From the NCBI GenBank assembly GCA_016208685.1, contig JACQXM010000053.1, positions 93,957 to 157,956 on the forward strand: a stretch of 64,000 bases of DNA, written 5' to 3'. Within the stretch, counting starts at the first letter, position 1; every line of letters starts with the position of its first letter. Below the pieces are notes generated by a model. The model searched no databases, was not told the DNA's origin, and saw nothing but the letters and a program-made list of their open reading frames with translations. The position numbers were made by a program, and so were the translations under genes. Below, in pieces: positions 39,183 through 46,931 of the stretch. The DNA is from Planctomycetota bacterium (GTDB lineage: Bacteria > Planctomycetota > Phycisphaerae > UBA1845).

Positions 39183-40732
39183 GGCGCGACAAATACTCCG
39201 CGAAACAGAGCCGCAACCCCCTTTTCGCCCCGCGCGCGAATCGCGCGGGGTCAGTGCCCCGAGTGCAACGTGCGGTCAAACAGAGCCGCGACCGTAAGCG
39301 AGCGGGCAAAGGCGGCAACGAAGCAACGATGGAATGGAGGAACAGAGCCGCGACCGTAAGGGAGCGGGCAAAGGCAGCAACGAAGCGACGAACTGACGAA
39401 GCGACGAAGGGCAGGGTGGCCCACCGCTTCAGCGGTGGGGGACTCGAATCACGCGCGAACGCCGCAGGTCCAAGCCACGGCCCGACCCCGCGTCCGAGCC
39501 CCCCGGCGCGCTCGCGAGTCGGGTGCTTCCTCATCGCCACCGCAGCCGTGCTCATCGCCGGTCATTCCGCCGGCGCACAGGTGGCCGTCCGCGGCAAGAC
39601 CGTCCACACCATGGCCGGGCCGGCGATCGAGAACGGCGTGGTGCTCATCCGCGACGGGAAAATCGCCGCCGTCGGCACTGCGGCACAGGTGCAGATTCCC
39701 GCGGATTTCCAGGTTCTCGACGCCGCCGTCGTCACGCCCGGGCTCATCGACGCACACAGCACCGTCGGCTTCAGCGGTATCCTGAACATCCCCCACGACC
39801 AGGACCAGCTCGAGCACTCCGCCCCCATTCAGCCCGAGCTTCGCGCCGTGGATGCGTTCAACGCCCGCGAGAAGCTGCTGGAGTGGGTGCGCGGCTTCGG
39901 CGTAACCACCGTCCACACCGGCCACGCGCCGGGCGAACTGGTCTCCGGCCAGACCTTGATCGCCAAAACCGCAGGCGAAACCGTGGATCGCGCCGTGATC
40001 GTCCCCTCGGCCACCGTGGCCGCCACGCTCGGTCCCGCGGCACAGAAATCAGAAAAGGGCAAATCCCCCGGCACGCGCGGCAAGATGATGGCCATGCTCC
40101 GCGCCGAGTTTATCAAGGCCCAGGAGTACCTGCGCAAGCAGGAAAACCCGGACGTAGAGAAGCGTCCGGAACGTAACCTGAGCCTGGAAGCGCTGGGGAA
40201 GGTGCTCAAACGCGAGTTGCCTTTAATGGTCACCGCCAACCAGGCGCAGGACATCGACAGCGCCCTGCGACTGGCCAAGGAATTCGAGTTCAAGCTCATC
40301 CTCGACTCCGCGACGGAGAGCTACTTGCTGATCGATGAGATCAAGGCCTCCGGCGTGCCGGTGATTGTCCATCCGACCATGACCCGGGCTTACGGCGAAC
40401 TGCGGAACCTCAGCTTCGAGACCGCGGCCAAGCTGCGGCACGCAGGCATCCCCATCGCCCTGCAAAGCGGCTACGAGGACTACGTACCCAAGACCCGCGT
40501 GGTGCTCTTCGAGGCGGCCATCGCCGCGGGCAACGGGCTCACCTTCGACGAAGCCCTGGCGACCATCACCCTCGACGCCGCGCGCATTCTGGGCATCGAC
40601 GCCCGGCTGGGCTCCTTGGAAGTCGGCAAGGACGCGGACCTGGCGCTGTATGACGGCGACCCCTTCGAATACACTAGCCACTGCCTGGGTGTGGTCATCA
40701 ACGGGCAGGTGTTCAACCAACCGCCCCGGTGA
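39179..40732 (+). CDS. Secreted amidohydrolase-family protein (N-terminus runs through REP repeats)
   Basis: TPGLIDAHS, LGSLEVGKDADLALYDGDP; ATGA overlap with the previous gene; true start uncertain. Confidence 0.85.
   Translation: MRRDKYSAKQSRNPLFAPRANRAGSVPRVQRAVKQSRDRKRAGKGGNEATMEWRNRAATVRERAKAATKRRTDEATKGRVAHRFSGGGLESRANAAGPSHGPTPRPSPPARSRVGCFLIATAAVLIAGHSAGAQVAVRGKTVHTMAGPAIENGVVLIRDGKIAAVGTAAQVQIPADFQVLDAAVVTPGLIDAHSTVGFSGILNIPHDQDQLEHSAPIQPELRAVDAFNAREKLLEWVRGFGVTTVHTGHAPGELVSGQTLIAKTAGETVDRAVIVPSATVAATLGPAAQKSEKGKSPGTRGKMMAMLRAEFIKAQEYLRKQENPDVEKRPERNLSLEALGKVLKRELPLMVTANQAQDIDSALRLAKEFEFKLILDSATESYLLIDEIKASGVPVIVHPTMTRAYGELRNLSFETAAKLRHAGIPIALQSGYEDYVPKTRVVLFEAAIAAGNGLTFDEALATITLDAARILGIDARLGSLEVGKDADLALYDGDPFEYTSHCLGVVINGQVFNQPPR
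39280..39410. repeat. Two REP-like units plus GCAACGAA/GCGACGAA octamers
   Basis: agagccgcgaccgtaagcgagcggg (39282) and agagccgcgaccgtaagggagcggg (39344). Confidence 0.85.
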
Positions 40733-40857
40733 CGCGGCGCTACGCGTACGGTTTCCCACCCACCGCTCGCGCGGGCGACGCCGCGGCGCCGTGGCGAGGC
40801 CCCGCAGTGCCGTGCAGAGGCGGGGGTCGCCTTGGTTCTACGAGTCGGAGCAGCACG

Positions 40858-41175
40858 TTGGTCCGCAAAGTTCCTCAGCTTCCCATGGCCGAGATCGAGG
40901 CCTTGTGCCGCAAGTACGGCGTCAAGGACCTTGCGGTCTTCGGATCGGCGCTGCGCGACGACTTCGGGCCGGAAAGCGACTTCGATTTCCTGGTGACCTT
41001 CGAGAACGATGACAGCGGGCCGTGGATGAATAAAGTCACCGGGCTCGAGGACGACCTCACGGCGCTCCTGGGACGGAAGGCCGACGTCACGTTGCGAAAA
41101 GGCATCGAGCGGAGCGCCAATCGGATCCGCCGGCGCGCGGTCCTTGAGAGCGCCATCATGGTTTATGAATCGTGA
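40858..41175 (+). CDS. Minimal nucleotidyltransferase (MNT) antitoxin
   Basis: VFGSALRDDFGPESDFDFLV, LLGRKAD; TTG start after GGAG. Confidence 0.9.
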   Translation: MVRKVPQLPMAEIEALCRKYGVKDLAVFGSALRDDFGPESDFDFLVTFENDDSGPWMNKVTGLEDDLTALLGRKADVTLRKGIERSANRIRRRAVLESAIMVYES

Positions 41176-41503
41176 CCTTGGAACCGTCGCGGATATCGTC
41201 GAGGCGGCGCGCAGGGTGCAGGAGTTCTTGCGCGGGGTCTCCAGGGAGGAGTTCGTTCGCGACCAGTTGCGTCAGTCGGCGGTCATCCGGGAGATGCAGG
41301 TAGCCGGAGAGGCGGCGAAGCGGGTCTCGCCTGGTTTTCGTGAGCAGCATCCCAGCGTTCCGTGGAGCGACATGGCGCGCTTGCGCGACCGGCTGATCCA
41401 CTGCTACGACGACCTGGACTTCGATCGAATCTGGGAAACGGCGACCGGAAGCCTGCAAATAGTGCGTGCGTATCTGGAAGACCTCCTGGGCAGCGAGCCG
41501 TAG
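41165..41503 (+). CDS. HEPN (DUF86) toxin
   Basis: GEAAKRV, VPWSDM, RDRLIHCY (Rx4H); overlaps the MNT gene. Confidence 0.9.
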   Translation: MNRDLGTVADIVEAARRVQEFLRGVSREEFVRDQLRQSAVIREMQVAGEAAKRVSPGFREQHPSVPWSDMARLRDRLIHCYDDLDFDRIWETATGSLQIVRAYLEDLLGSEP

Positions 41504-41655
41504 GTTCGGGCAGAGCGCTGCATCAGCCGGGACCCTGGGCCGAGGCGTCCCCCTGCCGCACGCCGACCCGAGCCGCCCGGCATCGTCCGCCGCCCCGCCG
41601 CGTTTTGACCGAATGCGGCCCAAGCCCTTACCATGTCGTCTTTGGAGGTCCTTCG

Positions 41656-42819
41656 ATGCCCGATTGCCAGACACCGGATTTCTACAGCTTCGACTCCCTG
41701 CTCTCCGAGGACGAGCGGCAGGTGCGCGACACCGTGGCCAAGTTCGTCGACGACCGCGTCTTGCCCATCATCGCCGAGTGCTTCGAGAAGGAGCGCTTCC
41801 CGTCGGAGCTGATCCCCGAGATGGCGGAGCTGGGCCTGTTCGGCCCCACGCTCACCGACTACGGCTGCGCCGGGCTTAACAACGTCGCCTACGGGCTCAT
41901 CATGCAGGAGCTGGAACGCGGCGACAGCGGCGTGCGCAGCTTTGCCTCAGTGCAGAGCGGGCTGTGCATGTACCCCATCCACACCTACGGTTCGGACGAA
42001 CAGAAGAAGCGCTGGCTGCCGGCCATGGCCCGTGCCAAGGCCATCGGCTGCTTCGGCCTCACCGAGCCCGACGGCGGCAGCGACCCCGGCACCATGAAGA
42101 CCCGTGCCGAGAAGCGCGGCGGCGACTGGATCATCAACGGGGCCAAGATGTGGATCACCAGCGGCACCATCGCCGACGTGGCCGTGGTTTGGGCCATGAC
42201 CGAGCACGGCGTCCGCGGCTTCCTGGTGGAGAAGGGCACGCCCGGCTACACGGCGCGCGACATCCCGCACAAGATGTCGCTTCGCGCCTCGGTCACCAGC
42301 GAGCTCTTTTTTGACAACTGCAAAGTCCCGCTGTCGAGTCAGCTTCCCAAGGCCGAGGGGCTAGGAGCGCCGCTCTCCTGCCTGACGCAGGCGCGCTACG
42401 GCATCGCCTGGGGCGGCATCGGCGCCGCCATCGCCTGCTACCGCGAGGCATTGACCTTTGCGCGGCAGCGGGTCCTGTTTGGCGCGCCGCTGTCGCACAA
42501 GCAGCTTATCCAGGTGCGGCTGGCGGACATGCTGCGACGAATCACGACTGGGCAACTCCTGGCGCTGCAACTAGGGCGGTTGAAGGATCAGGGCGTCATG
42601 CACCACACACAGGTGTCGCTGGCGAAATGGAACAACGTGCGCATCGGGCTGGACGTGGCCCGTGACGCGCGGGACCTGCTCGGCGCTGGCGGCATCAGCG
42701 TGGAGTGTTGCCCGGTGCGGCACATGCTCAACCTGGAAAGCGTGATTACGTACGAAGGCACGGAAACTATTCACCAGCTTATCGTCGGGCGGGAGATCAC
42801 CGGCACGGCGGCGTTTTGA
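41656..42819 (+). CDS. Acyl-CoA dehydrogenase (glutaryl-CoA dehydrogenase-like)
   Basis: ELERGDSG, GCFGLTEPDGGSDP, NGAKMWIT, NLESVITYEGT. Confidence 0.92.
   Translation: MPDCQTPDFYSFDSLLSEDERQVRDTVAKFVDDRVLPIIAECFEKERFPSELIPEMAELGLFGPTLTDYGCAGLNNVAYGLIMQELERGDSGVRSFASVQSGLCMYPIHTYGSDEQKKRWLPAMARAKAIGCFGLTEPDGGSDPGTMKTRAEKRGGDWIINGAKMWITSGTIADVAVVWAMTEHGVRGFLVEKGTPGYTARDIPHKMSLRASVTSELFFDNCKVPLSSQLPKAEGLGAPLSCLTQARYGIAWGGIGAAIACYREALTFARQRVLFGAPLSHKQLIQVRLADMLRRITTGQLLALQLGRLKDQGVMHHTQVSLAKWNNVRIGLDVARDARDLLGAGGISVECCPVRHMLNLESVITYEGTETIHQLIVGREITGTAAF
42673..42819 (+). repeat. Direct repeat copy 1 (3' end of the acyl-CoA dehydrogenase gene)
   Basis: 147 bp, 11 mismatches to 44732-44878 by manual alignment. 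Confidence 0.95.
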
Positions 42820-42834
42820 CTGGGAGGACCTCAC

Positions 42835-43962
42835 ATGGCGGCTCGAACCAAGCTCCCAAACAAGCCGAGCAACGGGAAGGGACCAAGATCGTCCCGCAAA
42901 CCCCATGGGATGTTGACGGCAATTGCGATAAGCGGATTTCGCGGCTTCAGGAGCCTGCGGGTCGACGGGTTAGCGCCGGTCAACATCGTCACCGGTAAGA
43001 ACGGGTGCGGGAAGACGACGCTTCTAGAGGCCACCTTGGCTGTCCACAGCCGCCAGAACCCCGCGTGGATCGTGAACTTGCAAGCGCACCGCGGATTCGC
43101 CGCGATCCAGAAGTCGCTCGGCCCCAATTACCTCGGGCTGTTCCAGGACTTCGACGATTGCGGGATCGCGGAGATAAGGGGGGAATTCGCCGGCGAGGGC
43201 AGTTGGCGCGTGGTTCTCGAGCGCCGAAAGGCAGGCGAGATCGCTGTTTCTGCCCAAGTTCGCTCTTCAACGAGAGCGGACCTTCCGCCCTCAGCCCTGA
43301 CATGCAGGGAGTTCAGGAACAATCGCTCAGTTCCGAATCACGAGGCGACGGTCGAGAGCCTGCCCGAGCCGCCGTTCGTGGTCGTCCGCAACGCCGTTCC
43401 CCCGAGACGACCGGCGATCCTCCTTCATCCGAGTGGTCGCCCCGCCGGTGACGAGGAAGAGAATCGTTTCGGAGAGTCCAAGCTGCGCGGACGCGCACAG
43501 CGGATTGTCGAGGCGCTCCGTGTGCTCGATGATCGGATCGACAATGTGGAGCTCATCAGGACGGCCACAGGAACGTCGTTCTTGGCAGAGTCCGGTGAGT
43601 ACCGTGCGCCGCTAGGCCTGCTCGGCGGCGGGATCAACAACCTCTTTCGCTTCCTTGTCGCCATTGACGGCGCGCCCGGTGGCTTGGTGGCGATCGACGA
43701 GGTCGAGAATGGAATCCACCATTCTCGCCTCCTTGGCGTTTTCAAGGCGCTGATCAGCGCCGCGTCTGAGTATGGAACCCAGTTGGTCTTGAGTACCCAC
43801 AGCGCCGAGGCTCTCGAGGCGATCGGTTTGGCCGCGGGCGAGGCTCCCGAAATACTCGCGGTTGTCCGACTCGACCGTGGCGAGGACGGCAGCGTCGAGG
43901 CGGACGTTCTGCAAGGGGCTGACGCCGTGAACTCGGTTCGATTGGGCTACGAACTTCGATGA
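42835..43962 (+). CDS. ABC-type ATPase (AAA_15/AAA_21, OLD/AbiEii-like)
   Basis: ISGFRGF, GKNGCGKTT, LGGG, IDEVENGIHH, STHS. Confidence 0.88.
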   Translation: MAARTKLPNKPSNGKGPRSSRKPHGMLTAIAISGFRGFRSLRVDGLAPVNIVTGKNGCGKTTLLEATLAVHSRQNPAWIVNLQAHRGFAAIQKSLGPNYLGLFQDFDDCGIAEIRGEFAGEGSWRVVLERRKAGEIAVSAQVRSSTRADLPPSALTCREFRNNRSVPNHEATVESLPEPPFVVVRNAVPPRRPAILLHPSGRPAGDEEENRFGESKLRGRAQRIVEALRVLDDRIDNVELIRTATGTSFLAESGEYRAPLGLLGGGINNLFRFLVAIDGAPGGLVAIDEVENGIHHSRLLGVFKALISAASEYGTQLVLSTHSAEALEAIGLAAGEAPEILAVVRLDRGEDGSVEADVLQGADAVNSVRLGYELR

Positions 43963-44711
43963 TGGATCCCTTCGAGCGTGACCCGGGCGGGAGGCGAGCG
44001 GATTCGATCGGGCGCGTGCCACGCGGCAACGGCGTCGAGTTGAAACGCGGTGCCGTAGTGTTTGTCGGCGAGGGCCGCGACGACTGCGACGTCATCCGCC
44101 GCCTTTCGGCCGATTGGGAGCAGCCTCCTTTGACGTTGACGCGGGACGACCGTGGACAGTTGAAGGACCTCAATTGGAACGACCAGTTTCGAACCCTTGT
44201 CGAGAACGCGTTCGGCCATGGAGTCTCCGCCATTGGTCTGATGTTCGATGCGGACGAGGGGCGGTCCAAGGCAACCAGAACGCTCAAGCGAATGTTCGAG
44301 AAAGCCGAATTGGTTTTCCCTTCCAGGCCTTGTCGTGTTCGATTGCAGAAGCGGGACCGCAAGGTAATCAAGACGGCGTACCTGATCAACCCCCATGGGC
44401 GCCAATCTGGATCGCTGGAGACCCTGTTCCGGATACAGATCGACCACGCGCGGATCGACCGCGCGCCGATCGGCCCCTGCATCAAGGAGCTCATGCGCTG
44501 CTATGAACGGGTTGGAGACGGCGGCATGCACGCGAACCGGGATAAGATCGCCGTACGCACCTATCTTGCGTACCACAAGCCCAGCAACACCGGCCTAACG
44601 GTTGCTCTCCGGGATGCGGTCCTTACATGCGACGGCCCGGAATTCAATGCAATCCGACAGTTCGTAGACCTCCTTCGGCCGCCGAGTACACCCTTGCTAA
44701 ACGGAGGATAA
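43959..44711 (+). CDS. TOPRIM-like (DUF3226-type) partner protein
   Basis: VFVGEGRDD, MFDAD, GSLETL; ATGA overlap with the ATPase. Confidence 0.75.
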   Translation: MMDPFERDPGGRRADSIGRVPRGNGVELKRGAVVFVGEGRDDCDVIRRLSADWEQPPLTLTRDDRGQLKDLNWNDQFRTLVENAFGHGVSAIGLMFDADEGRSKATRTLKRMFEKAELVFPSRPCRVRLQKRDRKVIKTAYLINPHGRQSGSLETLFRIQIDHARIDRAPIGPCIKELMRCYERVGDGGMHANRDKIAVRTYLAYHKPSNTGLTVALRDAVLTCDGPEFNAIRQFVDLLRPPSTPLLNGG

Positions 44712-44731
44712 GATCCGTCAGGTGCTCCGCT

Positions 44732-44878
44732 GACCTGCCTGGCGCCGGCGGCATCAGCGTAGAGTGTTGCCCGGTGCGGCACATGCTGAACCTGGAAAGC
44801 GTAATCACGTACGAGGGCACGGAAACCATTCACCAGCTCATCGTCGGGCGGGAGATCACCGGCACGGCGGCATTTTGA
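44732..44878 (+). pseudogene. Direct repeat copy 2: orphan 3' fragment of the acyl-CoA dehydrogenase gene
   Basis: Encodes GAGGISVECCPVRHMLNLESVITYEGTETIHQLIVGREITGTAAF*, identical to the gene's C-terminus. Confidence 0.95.
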
Positions 44879-45120
44879 GGCTGACGAAATCCGCCACCAT
44901 GCGGGCACGTGGCGGCCACCCGGCGCAGCGTCCCGGAATCCCCGGCAGTCGTGCCCGAACGCGCCGCGCCCGCGCCGACCTGACGCCTCGAAGCGTGCCG
45001 GCCCCCGCGCCGTCCCACCCCTTCCGCCCCCCGTGCGAACCTTGACAACCGCCGGCTCGTCCCCTACCCAATCGCCGGTTCGGCTTTCGGACAACGGATT
45101 CCAGCAGGGAGGAAATCGAC

Positions 45121-46557
45121 ATGCGACGACGAGATTTTCTGGCGGCGGTCGCCGCGACGGCCATGGCGCCGGGCTGCGTGAGTGGACGCCGGGGCGCCGG
45201 CCCGTCCGGCGCACGGCGGACGCGGGCCATGTATGCCACACCGCAGGACGCCGTCCGATCGCCGCGCGAGACGCTGCTCTACACCGTGGGACTGTACACC
45301 GGCACACCGATCGCGGAGCCGGACTACCTGGCGACCGTCGATGTCGACCCCGGTTCCGCCACCTATGGCCGGGTGATCCACCGCCTCCCCATGCCCAACC
45401 TCGGCGACGAACTGCACCACTTCGGCTGGAACGCATGCAGCAGTTGCCACGGCGATCCGCGGCGCTCCCGCGATAAGCTGATCATCCCCGGACTGCGCTC
45501 CAGTCGCATCTACATTGTAAGCGTTGAGAACCCCGCAGCGCCGCGGCTGAGCCGGGTCATCGAGCCCGACGAGATCATGCGCAAGACAAACCTCAGCGCG
45601 CCGCATACTTCTCACTGTCTGCCCGACGGGCACGTCCTGATCTCCATGCTCGGCGATGCCCGGGGCGATGCCCCGGGCGGGTTCCTCCTGCTCGACGACC
45701 GCTTCAACGTCGCCGGACGCTGGGAGCGCGACGCCGCGGGCATGCGGTACAACTACGATTTCTGGTATCAACCGCGGCACAACATCATGATCAGCAGCGA
45801 GTTCGCCGCCCCCAACACCTACTACCCCGGCTTTGACTTGAAGGACGTGGAGGCCGGAAAGTACGGCCAGCGCCTGCACTTCTGGGACTGGTCGCAGCGC
45901 CGACTGGAGCGCAGCGTGGACCTCGGCAGCGAGGGGCGGATTCCCCTGGAGGTGCGCTTCCTGCACGACCCCGCCAGCACCCACGGCTTCGTCGGTGCCG
46001 CCCTCAGCAGCACCGTGTGGCACTGGTACCAGGACGCCGCGGGAACCTGGCGCGTGGAGAAGGTCGTCGAGGTGCCTCCCGTGCCCACGGAGGGGTGGAA
46101 CTTCCCCGTTCCCGGGCTGATCACCGACATCCTGGTCTCCATGGATGATAAGTTTCTTTACTTTTCCGACTGGTTGCACGGCGACGTGCGGCAGTACGAC
46201 ATCGCCGACCCCGCCCGGCCGCGGCTTACCGGCCAGGTCTGGTGCGGCGGGGTCATCGGGCGAAAACCGGACCTCGACGATCGGCGCTTCTCCGGCGGGC
46301 CGCAGATGCTGCAGCTCAGCCTCGACGGCCGGCGGCTCTATGTCACCAACTCCCTGCTCAGCAGTTGGGACAACCAGTTCTACCCCCCCATCGCCCAGCA
46401 GGGCTCGTACCTGCTTCAGATCGACTGCGATCCGCGCGGCGGCATGAAGCTCAACGAGCGGTTCTTCGTGGACTTCGGGAGGGAGCCCGCGGGACCCGCA
46501 CGAGCCCACGAGATGCGCTTCCCCGGCGGCGATTGTTCCTCCGACATCTTCGTGTAA
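45121..46557 (+). CDS. Selenium-binding protein SBP56 / methanethiol oxidase family, Tat-type signal
   Basis: MRRRDFL; DELHHFGWNACSSC, YDFWYQPRHN, GGPQMLQLSLDGRRLYVT, GGDCSSDI. Confidence 0.92.
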   Translation: MRRRDFLAAVAATAMAPGCVSGRRGAGPSGARRTRAMYATPQDAVRSPRETLLYTVGLYTGTPIAEPDYLATVDVDPGSATYGRVIHRLPMPNLGDELHHFGWNACSSCHGDPRRSRDKLIIPGLRSSRIYIVSVENPAAPRLSRVIEPDEIMRKTNLSAPHTSHCLPDGHVLISMLGDARGDAPGGFLLLDDRFNVAGRWERDAAGMRYNYDFWYQPRHNIMISSEFAAPNTYYPGFDLKDVEAGKYGQRLHFWDWSQRRLERSVDLGSEGRIPLEVRFLHDPASTHGFVGAALSSTVWHWYQDAAGTWRVEKVVEVPPVPTEGWNFPVPGLITDILVSMDDKFLYFSDWLHGDVRQYDIADPARPRLTGQVWCGGVIGRKPDLDDRRFSGGPQMLQLSLDGRRLYVTNSLLSSWDNQFYPPIAQQGSYLLQIDCDPRGGMKLNERFFVDFGREPAGPARAHEMRFPGGDCSSDIFV

Positions 46558-46640
46558 TCGGCGGCGTCGGACGTTTGCAACCGGGGCGGAATCCCGCAGA
46601 ATACGCGGCTGCGGCACCGGTACACTCGGGTGGGACGCCC

Positions 46641-46931
46641 ATGCAACGGACATCGCGCATCGTGACCGTGGTTCTGGCAGTGCTGGCGCTGCTGCTTTGG
46701 GTGGCGCTGTGCATTCACGCCTCGTCGCCGCTGTACAACCCCTCGCATTTTGCGAGTTTCGTCTACCCCGCGTGGTTCGCCGCCGCCTGCACCGTCGCGG
46801 CCCTCACCGGCTGGGTGCTGATGACGCTCGGCGAGCGCCACGGAGACGGGGAGACACGCTGCCGTAAGTGCCGCCATATCCTGCGCGGGCTTTCCGCGCC
46901 CCGCTGTCCGGAATGCGGCGAGCCGATCTGA
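46641..46931 (+). CDS. Small two-TM protein with C-terminal zinc ribbon
   Basis: CRKCRHILRGLSAPRCPECG; TGATG coupling to dinG. Confidence 0.8.
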   Translation: MQRTSRIVTVVLAVLALLLWVALCIHASSPLYNPSHFASFVYPAWFAAACTVAALTGWVLMTLGERHGDGETRCRKCRHILRGLSAPRCPECGEPI

